Positions 38,732-53,129 of a DNA stretch of 64,000 nt are shown one piece after another. The stretch covers positions 467,840 to 531,839 of the forward strand of contig NIVC01000532.1 of assembly GCA_002269645.1 (NCBI GenBank), read 5' to 3'. This DNA is from Macrostomum lignano. Its lineage: Eukaryota. A program made the position numbers and the translations under genes. Positions within the stretch are counted from its first letter, which is position 1. Each line of letters opens with the position of its first letter. A model generated the notes under the pieces. The model saw nothing but the letters and a program-made list of their open reading frames with translations, ran no database searches and had not been told where the DNA came from.

Positions 38732-39414
38732 TTTGGGGGGCGGGTCGGCCGGATCTCGGGGGCTCTGGGAAACTACATGGCTGAGCCTACAGATGTCGGG
38801 TGGCACTAGGGTGGCTGGTTCGAGGCCAGCATGCTTCGGCGGTGCTCTCTCTGAGTATACCTGAGACTGCCAGCAGCGACGCTCGCGGATCCTTCATTTC
38901 ATTCATTCACTCGGCGGGGGAGGGGAGGGGCGAGAGAGGTCTACAAGCTATAGGTAAGCTCTGGGAGGAGCGGCTTTTAGTCTTTCTAATTTCCTCCTAA
39001 CCCATCATCGCTCTGTTCTCTCCTCTCCCTCATGCTCCTGGCGCACCTCGGCTGATGCCGCAAGCAACAAGGGCAGGGGGTTGCGCAGCCTATCCAAGCG
39101 AAAATCCCACCCGCTTTGCCACCAGTGCACGCGGTCGGGCCAATCAGCGCCGATCTGGCTGTCGGTGCTGCATTGGCCTGAGCTTGGCAAGCTCTCTCAG
39201 GTAATATAGAGAAGGAAGAGAATTGGTGAGGTGTGGCGGAGGATGCGGATTGCTGTTTCCTGAGCTTCTGTTCCGCTTTGCTGAGCAACCCCCCCCCCCT
39301 ACAGCGACGCTGCGTCTGACTAGCGAGGGATGTCAGTTCGCAGTTAATTAGCGAGATGAAAGCCATTTTAAGCATTCTGAAATCCAGCTGCAATCGGGTA
39401 GCGATGGCTGCCGT

Positions 39415-39539
39415 CTGTGCCTGGCTGTCTGTCTGTCTGTCTGTCTGTCTGTTTATCTATCTATCATCTATCTATCTATCTATCTATCTATAATCTATCT
39501 ATCCATCTATCTATCTATCTATCTATTTATCTATCTATA

Positions 39540-39574
<35 letters not shown>

Positions 39575-39605
39575 ATCTATCTATCTATCTATCTATCTAT
39601 CTATA

Positions 39606-39647
<42 letters not shown>

Positions 39648-39765
39648 AATCTATCTATCTATCTATCTATCTATCAATCTATCTATCTATCTATCTATCT
39701 ATCTATAATCTATCTATCTATCTATCTATCTATCATCTATCTATCTATCTATCTATCTATCTATT

Positions 39766-39796
<31 letters not shown>

Positions 39797-39815
39797 GACT
39801 ATCATCTATCTATTT
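39415..39815. repeat. (CTGT)n/(CTAT)n microsatellite
   Basis: Direct inspection. Confidence 0.96.
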
Positions 39816-40264
39816 ATTACCAGCTAGAGGTACAGCTCCATAGCTAACAGTACACGCTCTCATCAAGCAGTAGTAAATGAAAGAGCTTTTATGTGAGCAG
39901 CCAGCCTCACTACACCCAGTCCTATTGTTGTAAGAGTACAATCTGCTCCACCTCTGGCTTGTCTCAGTCACCGCAGTCTGTCCTTCAAGCAGCCTCCCCT
40001 TGGTTGCCGTCATCTCAAGCCTACCTTCCCTGCTCCCCAGCTGCACAATTGACTTCGTTAATATTTATTAGCTAAACGGCTATAATGAGCAGTTGTCGTC
40101 CATTGCGTGCAGAACAAGTGCTGCAGTGTCCGGCCCACGCATTCAGCTGGTTTACATGTAATTTGTTTAGCTGAATTGCGTTTCCGATCGATTATCTTTG
40201 GCTGTACGAGTACTTGCTGCTATATTGCGATTGTAGTGGTCAGTGAAGATGGACTTTGCGGGCA

Positions 40265-40550
40265 AGGGGATAGAGGATGGGATGGAGGTTGGGATAGAGG
40301 ATGGGATGGAGAATGGGATAGAGGATGGGATGGAGGGTGGGATAGAGGATGGGATGGAGAATGGGATAGAGGATGGGGTTGGGGATGGGATAGGGGATAG
40401 GGGATAAGGGATAGGGCAGCTTAAAGGATGGGGATAAAAGATAGGGGATAAAGGATGGGGGATAGATGATTAGGGGATAAGGGATGGGAGATAGGAGATG
40501 AGGGATAGATGATAGAGAGTAGGGGAAGATAAAAGAGGATAGGGGATAGA
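40265..40550. repeat. GGAT/GATA-rich degenerate minisatellite
   Basis: GGGATAGAGGATGGGATGGAG blocks. Confidence 0.8.
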
Positions 40551-41124
40551 ATAGGCCCCCTACTCAACTTAAAAAAGCACTGAGAGAACAGAACGCAGAG
40601 TGCAATAGGGGTCATGCATACGGCTGAAAGTTCGGTGATGGTGGGCAGCATTTTATTGTCTTGATACTCCGAGCAGCTCCCGCCGGTGCCTTTGCGGGAT
40701 AGCAAAATTATGATTTCTCCTTTCTCCATCCCATCTCCCAGAGCTAACCCAGTCTGGTTGCTGGGCAGCAATTAAAAGCCATGCACGGGGCTAAACCGGC
40801 GGAATTCTCACGAGCACAGAAATGAGAGCGATAAATTAGGAATTTTCGAAAGAAGAGAGCTTGCGAGAGAGACGGGTGGGTCGAGCATGCGATGGAGAAG
40901 GGCAGAGGCTGCGAGCTCTGGATTCTGGGGGGGGGATGAAGAACTGCTGGGATATTTCTTCTCAAACTGGCCGCGGCTTTATAATTCGATCTTTTCCATT
41001 ACCCCTTCCACTGCCGTCCCCTCACCTCCTCTCCCCTGGAAGCAATGAAATTCCCAAATGCTTCCATCTGAGCTGCATTGGTGTCTGGTTGGGTCTGGGG
41101 GCCGTTATATGAACTTGCACTCCA

Positions 41125-41870
41125 GTGCCAGTCACTCCCAGTCACTCCCAGTCACTCCCAGTCACTCCGAGTCACTCCCAGTCACTCCCAGTCACTCCCG
41201 GTCACTCTCAGTCACTCCAAGCCACTCCTAGTCACTCCCAGCCACTCCCAGTCACTCCTGGTCACTCTCAGTCACTCCCAGTCACTCCCGGTCACTCTCA
41301 GTCACTCCCAGCCACTCCTAGTCCCTCCTAGTCAGTCCCAGTCACTCTTAGTCACCTACAGTCCCTATTAGTCACCTACAGTCCCTCTTAGTCACCTGCA
41401 GTCACTCTCAGTCACCTACAGTCACTCTTAGTCACCTACAGTCACTCTTAGTCACCTACAGTCACTCTTAGTCACCTACAGTCACCTACAGTCACCTACA
41501 GTCACCTACAGTCACCTACAGTCACCTACAGTCACCTACAGTCACTCTTAGTCACCTTCAGTCACTCTTAGTCACCTACAGTCACTCTTAGTCACCTACA
41601 GTCACTCTTAGTCACCTACAGTCACTCTTAGTCACCTATAGTCACTCTTAGTCACCTACAGTCACTCTCTGTCACCTACAGTCACTCTTAGTCATCTTCA
41701 GTCACTCTTAGTCATCTTCAGTCACTCTTAGTCACCTACAGTCACTCTCAATCACCTACAGTCACTCTTAGTCATCTTCAGTCACTCTCAGTCACCTACA
41801 GTCACCTGCATTCACCTGCAGTCACTCTCAGTCACCTGCAGTCACTCTCAGTCATTGCAGTCACTCAAAC
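41125..41870. repeat. 10-bp minisatellite CAGTCACTCC/CAGTCACCTA
   Basis: Direct inspection. Confidence 0.95.
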
Positions 41871-42704
41871 CTACTTTACTGTCTTACCTTTTCTTCCCGC
41901 TAGGCTGTTCCTCCGGTATGCCAGTCAAGAGGTGAGTAGTTGGAGGCTCGAACTCCTGACTGCCTCCGTGCAAGTCCAGAGGGGGCTGTCGTGCCTCGAC
42001 AGCCCCGTCAGTCTTTCTAAGAAAGGGAAAATGTAAAAAACTGTGTATTGATCAATATGTAGGTCGTTAAATGTTACAATTTGTGATATACTAGGCTTGA
42101 CCTTACCCAAGCTCACTAGCTGAGCTTGTGCTCATGCTTAAACTACGCTGAACATGTGTGTGCGTGCTCACTAATCTTCCAGCCACCGAGTTAAGAAGAA
42201 CTGAATCATGCACTACTCAGCTGCTGCTGCTGCGCTTTTTCAACTTAACGGCCGGCCAAGCTTTTTTGTGGACAAAAAAATCGGCTATAATCGTATAGAA
42301 TGTTGAGAGGCAGATGGAGACAGGAGGGGAGAGAGGTAGAGAGGCAGAGAAGAGAAGAGACAGGCCAGCAGAAAGAGGTGAAGTGTCCGACTGTCAATAG
42401 AGAAGCTGCGGCCGCGATTCTACACATTGTTTCTGCTTGCAGAAACTGTCTTTCTATTTTTTTCTCTGTCTTTTAGCGACGCTTTCTGTGTCTGACCAGG
42501 CTGCTCATGCCCGCTGCACATACTACGGCGTTATTACAGAGCACCCCGCCTCAGCTGCTGCACTCTCGGAGTCCACTGAGACACTCGGGGGCAAAGATAC
42601 AGCCGGAGAATCTTAAGTAGACAATTTTATATAATAATTGCTAGCCAGTGCAGACTTTTCTGGGAGACGATAAGATCTGAAATCTGGAATGCAACTGCCG
42701 GCTG

Positions 42705-44080
42705 TGAGCCATCTCAAACCGTCTCAAATCATCTCAAACTGTCTCAAACTGTCTCACAGAGTCTCAAAAATCTCAAGCTGTCTCAAACAGTCTCACAGAG
42801 TCTCAAACCATCTCAAGATGTCTCAACGTGTCTCAAACTGTCTCAAACCATCTCACAGCGTCTTAAACCATCTCAAACTGTCGCGCAAAGTGTCTGAAGC
42901 ATCTCAAACCATCTCAGACCATCTCAGACCATCTCATACCATCTTAGACCATCTCAAACCATCTCAAACCATCTCAGACCATCTCAGACCATCTCAAATC
43001 ATCTTAGACCATCTCAAACCATCTCAGACCATCTCAAACCATCTTAGACCATCTCAAACCATCTTAGACCATCTCAGACCATCTCATACCATCTTAGACC
43101 ATCAAAACCATCTCAGACCATCTCAAACCATCTTAGACCATCAAAACCATCTTAGACCATCTCAAACCATCTTAGACCATCTCAAACCATCTTAGACCAT
43201 CTCAAACCATCTTAGACCATCTCAAACCATCTCAGACCATCTCAGACCATCTCAAATCATCTTAGACCATCTCAAACCATCTCAGACCATCTCAAACCAT
43301 CTTAGACCATCAAAACCATCTTAGACCATCTCAAACCATCTCAAACCATCTCAAACCATCTCATACCATATCTCAAATCATCTCAAACCATCTCAGACCA
43401 TCTCAGACCATCTCAGACCATCTCAAACCATCTCAGACCATCTCAAACCATCTTAGACCATCAAAACCATCTTAGACCATCAAAACCATCTTAGACCATC
43501 AAAACCATCTTAGACCATCAAAACCATCTCAGACCATCTCAGACCATCTCAAACCATCTTAGACCATCTCAAACCATCTTAGACCATCAAAACCATCTCA
43601 GACCATCTCAAACCATCTTAGACCATCAAAACCATCTTAGACCATCAAAACCATCTCAGACCATCTCAAACCATCTTAGACCATCAAAACCATCTTAGAC
43701 CATCAAAACCATCTCAGATCATCTCAAACCATCTTAGACCATCTCAAACCATCTTAGACCATCTCAAACCATCTCATACGATCTTAAACTATCTCAGACC
43801 ATCTTAGACCATCTCAGACCATCTCATACCATCTTAAACTATCTCAGACCATCTTAGACCATCTCAAACCATCTCATACGATCTTAGACCATCTCATACC
43901 ATCTCAAACCATCTCAAACCATCTCAGACCATCTCAAACCATCTCAGACCATCTCAAACCATCTCATACCATCTCAAACCATCTCAGACCATCTCAGACC
44001 CTCTTAGACCATCTCAAACCATCTCAGACCATCTCAGACCATCTCAGACAATCTCAAACCATCTCAAACCATCTCATAAC
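42705..44080. repeat. 10-bp minisatellite ACCATCTCA(A/G)
   Basis: Direct inspection. Confidence 0.96.
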
Positions 44081-44489
44081 CGTCAAATAAAACGGTTATA
44101 AAGTACAATATATATATTTGAGAAATACTTCTCTCAAAGAAGGAGCTATCCACCCAGATGACAGCTTTTCACCTAGATCTCCTTGGCCTGAACGATATCT
44201 AAAGAGACAAGCAAATGAACGCTTGAATAAGAAGAGAGGTATAGAGATGCAAAATGAAAAAAAGGAATCTATTAGGTCGCACTGTGTGAACCGACGGTAG
44301 CTCTATCTTAGCAGAGCTCTCTGTGTCTCCTTTATCGAGCCTATTCATTTCTGTTGGCAACAGTCATTAGATATTGTACCAGCGTATTGACATTGACATT
44401 GATGCGTATCAATGCATGAGGCATTATTAATTTGCCTTGCCATACCTTCCTCTCTACCCTGTCTGTCTCTTCTGTCTACTTCAATTTAT

Positions 44490-45120
44490 CCTCTGTCTAC
44501 TGCCTTCCCTCTCCCCTGTCTACCTCTCTTCCTCTGTGTACCTACCCCTCTCTCTCCCCCTGTCTACCTCTCTTCTTCTGTGTACCTACCCCTCTCTCTC
44601 CCCCTGTCTACCTCTCTTCTTCTGTGTACCTACCCCTCTCTCTCCCCCTGTCTACCTCTCTTCCTCTGTGTACCTACCCCTCTCTCTCCCCCTGTCTACC
44701 TCTCTTCCTCTGTGTACCTACCCCTCTCTCTCCCCCTGTCTACCTCTCTTCTTCTGTGTACCTACCCCTCTCTCTCCCCCTGTCTACCTCTCTTCTTCTG
44801 TGTACCTACCCCTCTCTCTCCCCTGTCTACCTCTCTTCCTCTGTGTACCTACCCCTCTCTCTCCCCCTGTCTACCTCTCTTCCTCTGTGTACCTACCCCT
44901 CTCTCTCCCCCTGTCTACCTCTCTTCCTCTGTGTACCTACCCCTCTCTCTCCCCCTGTCTACCTCTCTTCCTCTGTGTACCTACCCTCTCTCTCTCCCCC
45001 TGTCTACCTCTCTTCCTCTGTGTACCTACCCCTCTCTCTCCCCCTGTCTACCTCTCTTTCTCTGTGTACCTACCCCTCTCTCTCCCCATGTCTACCTCTC
45101 TCTCCCGTCTCCCTCCCCCT
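44490..45120. repeat. 44-bp CT-rich minisatellite TGTCTACCTCTCTTCCTCTGTGTACCTACCCCTCTCTCTCCCCC
   Basis: Period 44 (44649, 44693). Confidence 0.95.
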
Positions 45121-45699
45121 AGCTACATTTATCACCAGTCCATCCACCCCACCCTCAGCCCCTAGTGTCCCTCTCTTCACAGCAAAATTCGAATCCGACC
45201 CAGCCCTCCGAAACTCACCCATCACTTGCAGTTCATGCCGCTTTAAAAAATCGAAAAAAATTAGCGACAAAAAATTGTCCCAGGTGTTCTAATTTGTATA
45301 CACGTGAACAACTTAGAATAGAAACAGCTAGTTGCTCAATTTTAACAAATCGATATTCAGGAAATTCTCTACTGTGCGAGGAGGCCCCTAAACTGGTGTG
45401 CGCGACCTCTCTCGGGCGCGCTGGGCTTAAAAAATTGCCGCAGCCACCATCAACCCCCCTTTCCCGCCTCATCTCAGTCTCCTCCATGGACAGCTGATAG
45501 AGTGCAGCACGGAATGGATTGGCTGCAACTCTCACGATGCCCCCTGGGGTGCCTCCTCGCCCCCCCTGCCCTAAACCTCCCACTCCCTGCAGCTCAGAGT
45601 CCGGGATGTCAGTCAAACTGAAAGTCCGGAATCGAGATGGGACGGATTCGCATCCTTATTCTCCATAACCTTGCCTTCATTCTCTCTTCCCTTCGTCCA

Positions 45700-46015
45700 G
45701 TGTGTGTGTCTGTATCTAGCCCTTGCAGACTGGCTGTGTGTGCCTGTATCTAGCCCTTGCAGACTAGCTGTGTGTGTCTGTATCTAGCCCTTGCAGACCA
45801 GCTGTGTGTGTCTGTATCTAGCCCTTGCAGACTGGCTGTGTGTGCCTGTATCTAGCCCTTGCAGACTAGCTGTGTGTGTCTGTATCTAGCCCTTGCAGAC
45901 CAGCTGTGTGTGTCTGTATCTAGCCCTTGCAGACTGGCTGTGTGTGTCTGTATCTAGCCCTTGCAGACTGGCTGTGTGTGTCTGTATCTAGCCCTTGCAG
46001 ACCAGCTGTGTGTAT
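45700..46015. repeat. 34-bp minisatellite TGTATCTAGCCCTTGCAGAC(T/C)(A/G)GCTGTGTGTG(T/C)C
   Basis: Period 34 (45711, 45745). Confidence 0.94.
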
Positions 46016-46249
46016 CAACATCTGTAGCTGGGCACTTACAGACATCAATCCATCAAATCATCAATCCCTCAGTCTATCAATGCATCAATCCATCCTTCCA
46101 TAAATTTTTAAAGATATCAATATGTATCTAGCGTACATATAGCCCAGTGATCTTTGGTGTGCCAGCGGCCCAGGCTCGATTCCAAGTGCAGTCACACTGA
46201 TTCGGGCTAAATTGGAATCTCGGCTTGGCTCTGCTCGTGCAATTAACGG

Positions 46250-46490
46250 CTACCCCAAGCATCCCCAGGCTACCCCACAGCCTCCCCAGGCTACCCCAAG
46301 CCTCCCCAGGCTACCCCACAGCCTCCCCAGGCTACCCCACAGCCTCTCCAGGCTACCCCACAGCCTCCCCAGGCTACCCCACAGCCTCTCCAGGCTACCC
46401 CACAGCCTCCCCAGGCTACCCCACAGCCTCTCCAGGCTACCCCACAGCCTCCCCAGGCTACCCCACAGCCTCTCCAGGCTACCCCGGTCA
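46250..46490. repeat. 21-bp minisatellite CCAGGCTACCCCACAGCCTC(C/T)
   Basis: Direct inspection. Confidence 0.94.
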
Positions 46491-47139
46491 TCAGCAACGC
46501 AGTACAAACAGCTGCGTGTATTGTTATGACAACAAAAAAACACAATAGTTTTGTGCAAACTCAATATTTCTTACTTGAAGTAGGTTGCATAGCTTTTCCT
46601 AATAATTCCACTGATCTGTGCTGATAAAATTTCGGTCTCGTTGAGCTGCACGCGTTTGCCATGTGCGTCATATCTGATAACGATTTGGAACTGATAAAAG
46701 GCCAAATTGTAAATTTAGTTAATTAAGCAAGATTGTCAAACATGACGGCCGCAAAAGCATAATATGAATATTTGCATCAAGTCGAAGAGATAATCTCTGC
46801 ACAATAAACACTCGTATTTGAGAAGGGTTGGATGGTGCAAACATACCAAATTGGAATGAGATCGCGTTATATTTTCAAATTATTTAACCGAAGTGTCACC
46901 TAAGTTGAGTTAGTTATTCAAATTAGATAGAGATCAAAATATGCCAAATCTAATCCTAAAAATTTTTAACAAACTCGATTGGAAATTTGAAATGAAAATA
47001 AAACAATTCGCATTGTGTTAAGGTTGTTAGAATATTAAAACGAAATGAATTATGAATTCTGAAGGGAAGTAAGCGAATGGGAATGTTTGGATTCAAGCTG
47101 AGGGATACAAATCTTAATATGGCACTGCTGACACTCTTA

Positions 47140-47495
47140 CAGATCTAGTAGATGTCTCACCCCACACTTTCCGATCTAGTGACTCTCTTGTAGATCTAAT
47201 AGATGTCACACTTTCCGATCTAGTGACTCTTGTAGATCTAATAGATGTCACACCTTCCGATCTAGTGACTCTCTTGTAGATCTAATAGATGTCACACCTT
47301 CCGATCTAGTGACTCTCTTGTAGATCTAATAGATGTCACACTTTCCGATCTAATGACTCTCTTGTAGATCTAATAGATGTCACACTTTCCGATCTAGTGA
47401 CTCTCTTGTAGATCTAATAGATGTCACACTTTCTGATCTAGTGACACACTTTTAGATCTAATAGATGTCACACTTTCCGATCCAGTGACACACTC
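47140..47495. repeat. 44-bp minisatellite GATCTAGTGACTCTCTTGTAGATCTAATAGATGTCACACTTTCC
   Basis: Period 44 (47173, 47217). Confidence 0.93.
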
Positions 47496-47628
47496 TTACA
47501 GCTCAACAGTCAAAACAGACAGTACTGTGACCTGTTTGCAGCCCGAGTAGAGCATTTACTATCGCTGAAAATTAAAAATCCATATAAAATAAATCGTTAA
47601 AACAAGTTCAAAATAACAGAATTTAAAC

Positions 47629-47637
47629 AATAAATAA
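47629..47637 (-). promoter_or_regulatory. Possible AU-rich element nonamer UUAUUUAUU downstream of egr
   Basis: Reverse complement of AATAAATAA, about 370 nt past the stop; the 3' UTR end is not defined. Confidence 0.3.
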
Positions 47638-47869
47638 TCGCAGACAATAATTCACATGAGCAGTAACGAACTCAACCAATAGCCTATCTAAATAGCACGA
47701 AAATAGAACTTTGGCATGCGATAAAGTTGTCATTTAAGCTGGCAACAAGTTTGAAAGCATGTAAACAAATTTTGTTATTTCATTCACAGACACTGGATTT
47801 TGCAACAGTGAGAAAATGACCCATCTTAGAGTTTAATTAACAGAATAGCTATGATCTCGGATAGTTTAT

Positions 47870-47975
47870 CTCAGATCCCCAATCTCAGATCCCCAATCTC
47901 AGATTCCCAATCTCAGATCCCCAATCTCAGATTCCCAATATCAGATCCCCAATCCCAAATCCCAGATCTCCAAAT
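47870..47975. repeat. 14-bp repeat TCTCAGATCCCCAA just downstream of the egr stop
   Basis: Direct inspection. Confidence 0.85.
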
Positions 47976-48008
47976 TTTGGAATCCCAATAGGATTTTTAT
48001 CCCAAGCC

Positions 48009-48935
<927 letters not shown>

Positions 48936-49004
48936 CTATTCTTGGCTCAGATGTCAAAAACGCTCCGAATATTAAAAACCTGCTTTTACTCCATTTTTCA
49001 CTGA

Positions 49005-49480
49005 ATTTTCACTCCAAATCGCAAATTTCACCCTGAATCTAGAATTTTCACTCCGAATCCAGAAATTTCACTCTAAATTGCAAATTTTTACTCTGAACCC
49101 AGAGTTTTTCACTCCGAACCCAGAATGTTCACTCCAAACCCAGAATTTTTCACTCCGAATCCAGAATGTTCACTCCGAACCCAGAATTTTTCACTCCGAA
49201 CCCAGAATTTTCACTCAAAACCCAGAATTTTTCACCCCGAATCCAGAATGTTCACTTCGAACCCAGAATTTTTCACTCCGAATCCAGAATGTTCACTCCA
49301 AACCCAGAATTTTTCACTCCGAACCCAGAATTTTCACTCAAAACCCAGAATTTTCACTCCAAACCCAGAATTTTTCACTCCGAACCCAGAATTTTCACTC
49401 CGAACCCAGAATTTTCACTCAAAACCCAGAATTATTCACCCCGAATCAAGAATGTTCACTCCAAATCCTAGATTTGAAAA
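49005..49480. repeat. 20/21-bp minisatellite TTTTCACTCCGAACCCAGAA in the egr intron
   Basis: Direct inspection. Confidence 0.93.
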
Positions 49481-50234
49481 TTCCGAAAATCCCCAAACTA
49501 TCGTCGACAGAAAGCATAGCTGCAAGCAAGAGATGCATCTATACAGGAAAAATTCAAATACAAAGGAACTGTAGGAAAAAATTACTCGCTACAGCACAAT
49601 GACAGTCCGTCACAACGCGCTTCACAAAATGAAAAATAGCACAAAAGGCTTGGGCCAATAGGGGTTATGAGCAACGCTTCAATGGCTACACTTGGGGGGA
49701 ATACAAGACCATTTTTTGTTGAGAAATCGCTGAAATTCAGGCAGCAGCAGCAGCAGGGACTCACTCTAGTTTCCAGGCCCCTCGAAAGAAGCCGGACAGA
49801 AATGCTCTACTCAGTGTACTCGTGACCCCAAATAACCTCATCTTTCTTCCCATAGCCCTTATGCCCTCTCTCTTCCCAACCTTGAAGCACAGTCGGTGCC
49901 TGGAGGGGGCCAGTGTTGTAGCGTATCAAGGGCAGCTAGCGTGTCCAATATCGAGGTCGAATATTGAGGATATTGAGGTTACGACGTAGTTGTATAAAAG
50001 TCTCGATGATATTTCACTAATAAAAGTACATTTAGCAGCAAGGACAGATGACCTTGCTTATCTGGGGCTCATGAGGCAGGTTCAGAGTTCGGACTGTATT
50101 TCTTTAAAAATTATTCACCATTAATTCATCGTGCCCAACTGTGAATCATAGAAATACACTATGTGATGGCCAGTGTGATTCACTAGAGAAATCGCTGAAA
50201 TTCACTGCGGTAGCAGCAGGGACTCACTTACCGG

Positions 50235-50660
50235 GCACCCGGTGCCACCTAAAAACCCAGCGCCACCTGAAAATTCGGCGCCACCTGAAATTCGGCGCCA
50301 CCTAAAAATTCAGCGCCAAATTAAAAATTCGGCGTCACCTAAAAACCCGGCGCATCCTGAAATTTGGCGCCAAACTGAAAATTCGGCGTCACCTAAAAAC
50401 CCGGCGCCACCTAAAAACCCAGCGCCACCTAAAAACCCGGCGCCACCTAAAAACCCAGCGCCACCTAAAAAACCCAGCGCCACCTAAAAAACCCAGCGCC
50501 ACCTAAAAAACCCGACGCCACCTAAAAAACCCAGCGCCACCTGAAAACTCGGCGCCACCAGGAAGTCCTGCGCCACCTGAAAAATCGGTGCAACCCGAGG
50601 TTTGGCGCCAAACTAAAAATTCGGCGCCGCCTAAAAACCCGACGCCACCTGATAATCTGG
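50235..50660. repeat. 17-19-bp minisatellite CGGCGCCACCTAAAAACC in the egr intron
   Basis: Direct inspection. Confidence 0.92.
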
Positions 50661-50780
50661 CGCCATCCTGTAGTGAATCTGACGTCTTGTTTTCGCTTTT
50701 TGTCACTAAAGTCAGTTCGTTTTCAAGTTTTTACCAGGATAAAGTATGATTAAGCCCAAGGATTAGGGAAGATAACTCAC

Positions 50781-51189
50781 CAGCTGACGAGCTGCAGACG
50801 ATGCTATTAATAGTATCAGTACTAATAGTACTACAACTATTATCCAGCGTTGAAACTCGAACAGTTGATGATAAAACAACGTTGGGCTCCTGTTTGGGCT
50901 CGGATTTAATTGGAGGAGTCGACAATAGCGATTGCTGCTGCTGCTGCTGAGTCAATGGGCCAGGCGTGTGCAGAGCACCCGGAGTTCTCAGCTCGGCTGT
51001 TAAATCAACCGATCCAAAGAAGTAATTCTGCTGCTCTCCGCCGGGCTCCAGGCCGCACGTCTTAGGCGTGTCGCCAGTGTGAAATGTGTTGAAAGCGCCC
51101 GCGCTGGCTTCTAAAGACTCCTGCGTGAGCTGCTCCAGGTGTTCTATGCTGAAGTCGAAAGCGCTGCGAGAATTCGAGGCGCCATCCAT
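50781..51189 (-). CDS. egr: EGR first coding exon
   Basis: ATG at 51189 (MDGASNSRSAFDFSIEHL...PPIKSEPKQEP). The phase-1 donor G|GTGAG at 50781 matches the phase-1 acceptor at 48898; joined CDS is 1299 nt (432 aa plus stop). A 48-nt GT-AG intron at 51225-51272 probably lies in the 5' UTR. Confidence 0.78.
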
Positions 51190-51401
51190 AAAGCCGGTTG
51201 TCGAACGTAAATCTTGCCTCGATGCTAATGGATTAAGCAAGAAAATTGATCAGAGCAAACTTATTAGGTTACCTCAGTGTCCGCTATAGTTGGGTTGGGA
51301 GGAAGAGAGGCAAATATTTTTCTCTATGACTATAATTCCTCGTGGCTTATTCCGCTTTCTAAGCAAGCTTGTGTTAAAGTTTATGAATGAGCGCCGTGCT
51401 T

Positions 51402-51411
51402 CCATATATGG
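51402..51411. promoter_or_regulatory. CArG box / serum response element CCATATATGG in the egr promoter
   Basis: Exact CC(A/T)6GG about 210 bp upstream of the ATG, with nearby CCAAT (51416, 51443) and a half-CRE CGTCA (51490). Confidence 0.65.
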
Positions 51412-53129
51412 CAATCCAATCCGAACGGACTCCACTATCGGGCCAATGGACGCTAAGTTCTAAAAATAGAACGCGAAGACCCGCTCCAGCGTCACGATTT
51501 CACTTGAAATGTACACTTACTTCCACGCGCGCGCGCTCGGGCAGAGGGGTGGTGGGTTGGGGGGTAAGAGCTGGCCAACCAAAATCTTGCGGGGCACGCC
51601 TAGTGGAGGGGTGGGTGGAGGGACAGGGAGTGTAGAGAGTGGAGAAAGAATCAAGTTGGGTTCGGTAGCGGGACAGAGGTATTAAACAAGGAATGAATTC
51701 CAGGAGGGTAGGCTTATATTGTAAAATGAATGTAGATTAGCCAAGCCTTACCCTCCCGTGGAGCCTACACGGCAGGCTCGCTCAAGGAAAGATAGAAAGC
51801 GGGATTGGTCGGTGGAATAAGAAGTGAACTTTTGTTTCAGCCAATGCCGCGATTAACTTGCATACTTCTCTATAGACTATATACGCATGTAGCTTTAGCT
51901 TAGCGGACTTTACGGAAAGCAACAAGCGCAAGCGCAAGTTTAATAAGCCTTTCTATATATATTTGTGTGGGCGTCAGTGTAAAATAGTAACTTTTAGGGG
52001 AAAAATTCTATTTTCAATGCTTTGCCTTTAGAATGATAAATAGAGGGAGTGCACAGAGAATCGTGAATGAAGAGGCATTTTGAATGCAGCAACCAACCAA
52101 GCAAACGTTTAATAATTTAGCAGCCGAAAGACAATTATTAGTATAGTTTTTGTGGGGTGTGTGTTATAGCTCCCACTCTCGTCATGACTCATCTCCCTTT
52201 TACTCACTAATTGCGACTCCTGCATCTCATCAACCCTTGTTAACCGCCAGCTCAAAAGGTGGAAGACAAAAAACCTATAAAACAGTTATTTGTTGGCCTA
52301 CTAAGCAGTAAAGCTATAAGCTCCTCCAATATTGTACTTTTTAAAGGTATTTTAGCCAACACAGGACCTGCTGCACGATTACAATTGATGTCAAAGACAA
52401 TTTCTTTACTACTTCTCAGGCTCCTCTGTGGGCCTCCATCAACACCACAGACACCAGCTGCTGCATGCTGCTATTGCTTGAGAGCAGCAAAGCTATAGTC
52501 TATGGTCTTAACCCCTGGGTTCTCGCGCAGCGGGGTATAAAGATAGAATAAAGATAGAGCTCCGCATGAGTTACGATACTCTCTAGGGGAAATTGGAGTT
52601 TTTAGCGCCTGCATTGGAATGGAGAAATTTAAGGCTGCGTGGGAGGCACCAACCCCCCCCCCCACCCAGCAACGGTTGCTAGAGGGAAATTTAGCTTCAC
52701 ATTGATTATAATTAATTATAGTGAGATTATACAAAAAGCGATTGCGAGAAAAGGGTTATATGATACATATGCCCAGTTGTATCCGTAATATAAGCTACTC
52801 CTGCTACTATAAAAACCATTAAAAACCCACACTGTCGATCAGTACTTTTTTTCTTAATTCTCATAGATAGAAGGTCATTGCATGCATTTAGTTGAGCTAG
52901 CACAAGATGAATAGTAGGAAGCAGGCAATTATATTATAACTTTCAAACCTATTCGCCGTATAGAGGAGCGATATAGTACAGCAGCATAGACTTTGCGTAC
53001 GCGCGTGCACTTTTCATTCGAATTTCGGACAATTTTCCTGCTTGCACGCAGACGAAAAATGCTACTAGTGATATGCGGTGTCCAAACACTTTTTTAATTT
53101 CAACCAGGTGAAAGCAGCAATTTAGGAGA

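Noticed and set aside
37700-38809. 369-aa antisense ORF over Kv1
   Set aside because: Expected shadow ORF of a GC3-rich coding strand.
45188-45653. 12/14 inverted match (TCGAATCCGACCCA) suggesting a ~470-bp element
   Set aside because: Short and imperfect, with no TSD.
46140-46185. tRNA/SINE-like A box (TAGCCCAGTG) and B box (GGCTCGATTCC)
   Set aside because: Spacing is short and no cloverleaf could be built.
50231-50705. Candidate middle egr exon encoding GGAGFL repeats, with a phase-compatible acceptor (50706) and donor (50230)
   Set aside because: Length is 475 nt with an in-frame TAG, and even after correcting four 6-A runs a TGA remains in frame.
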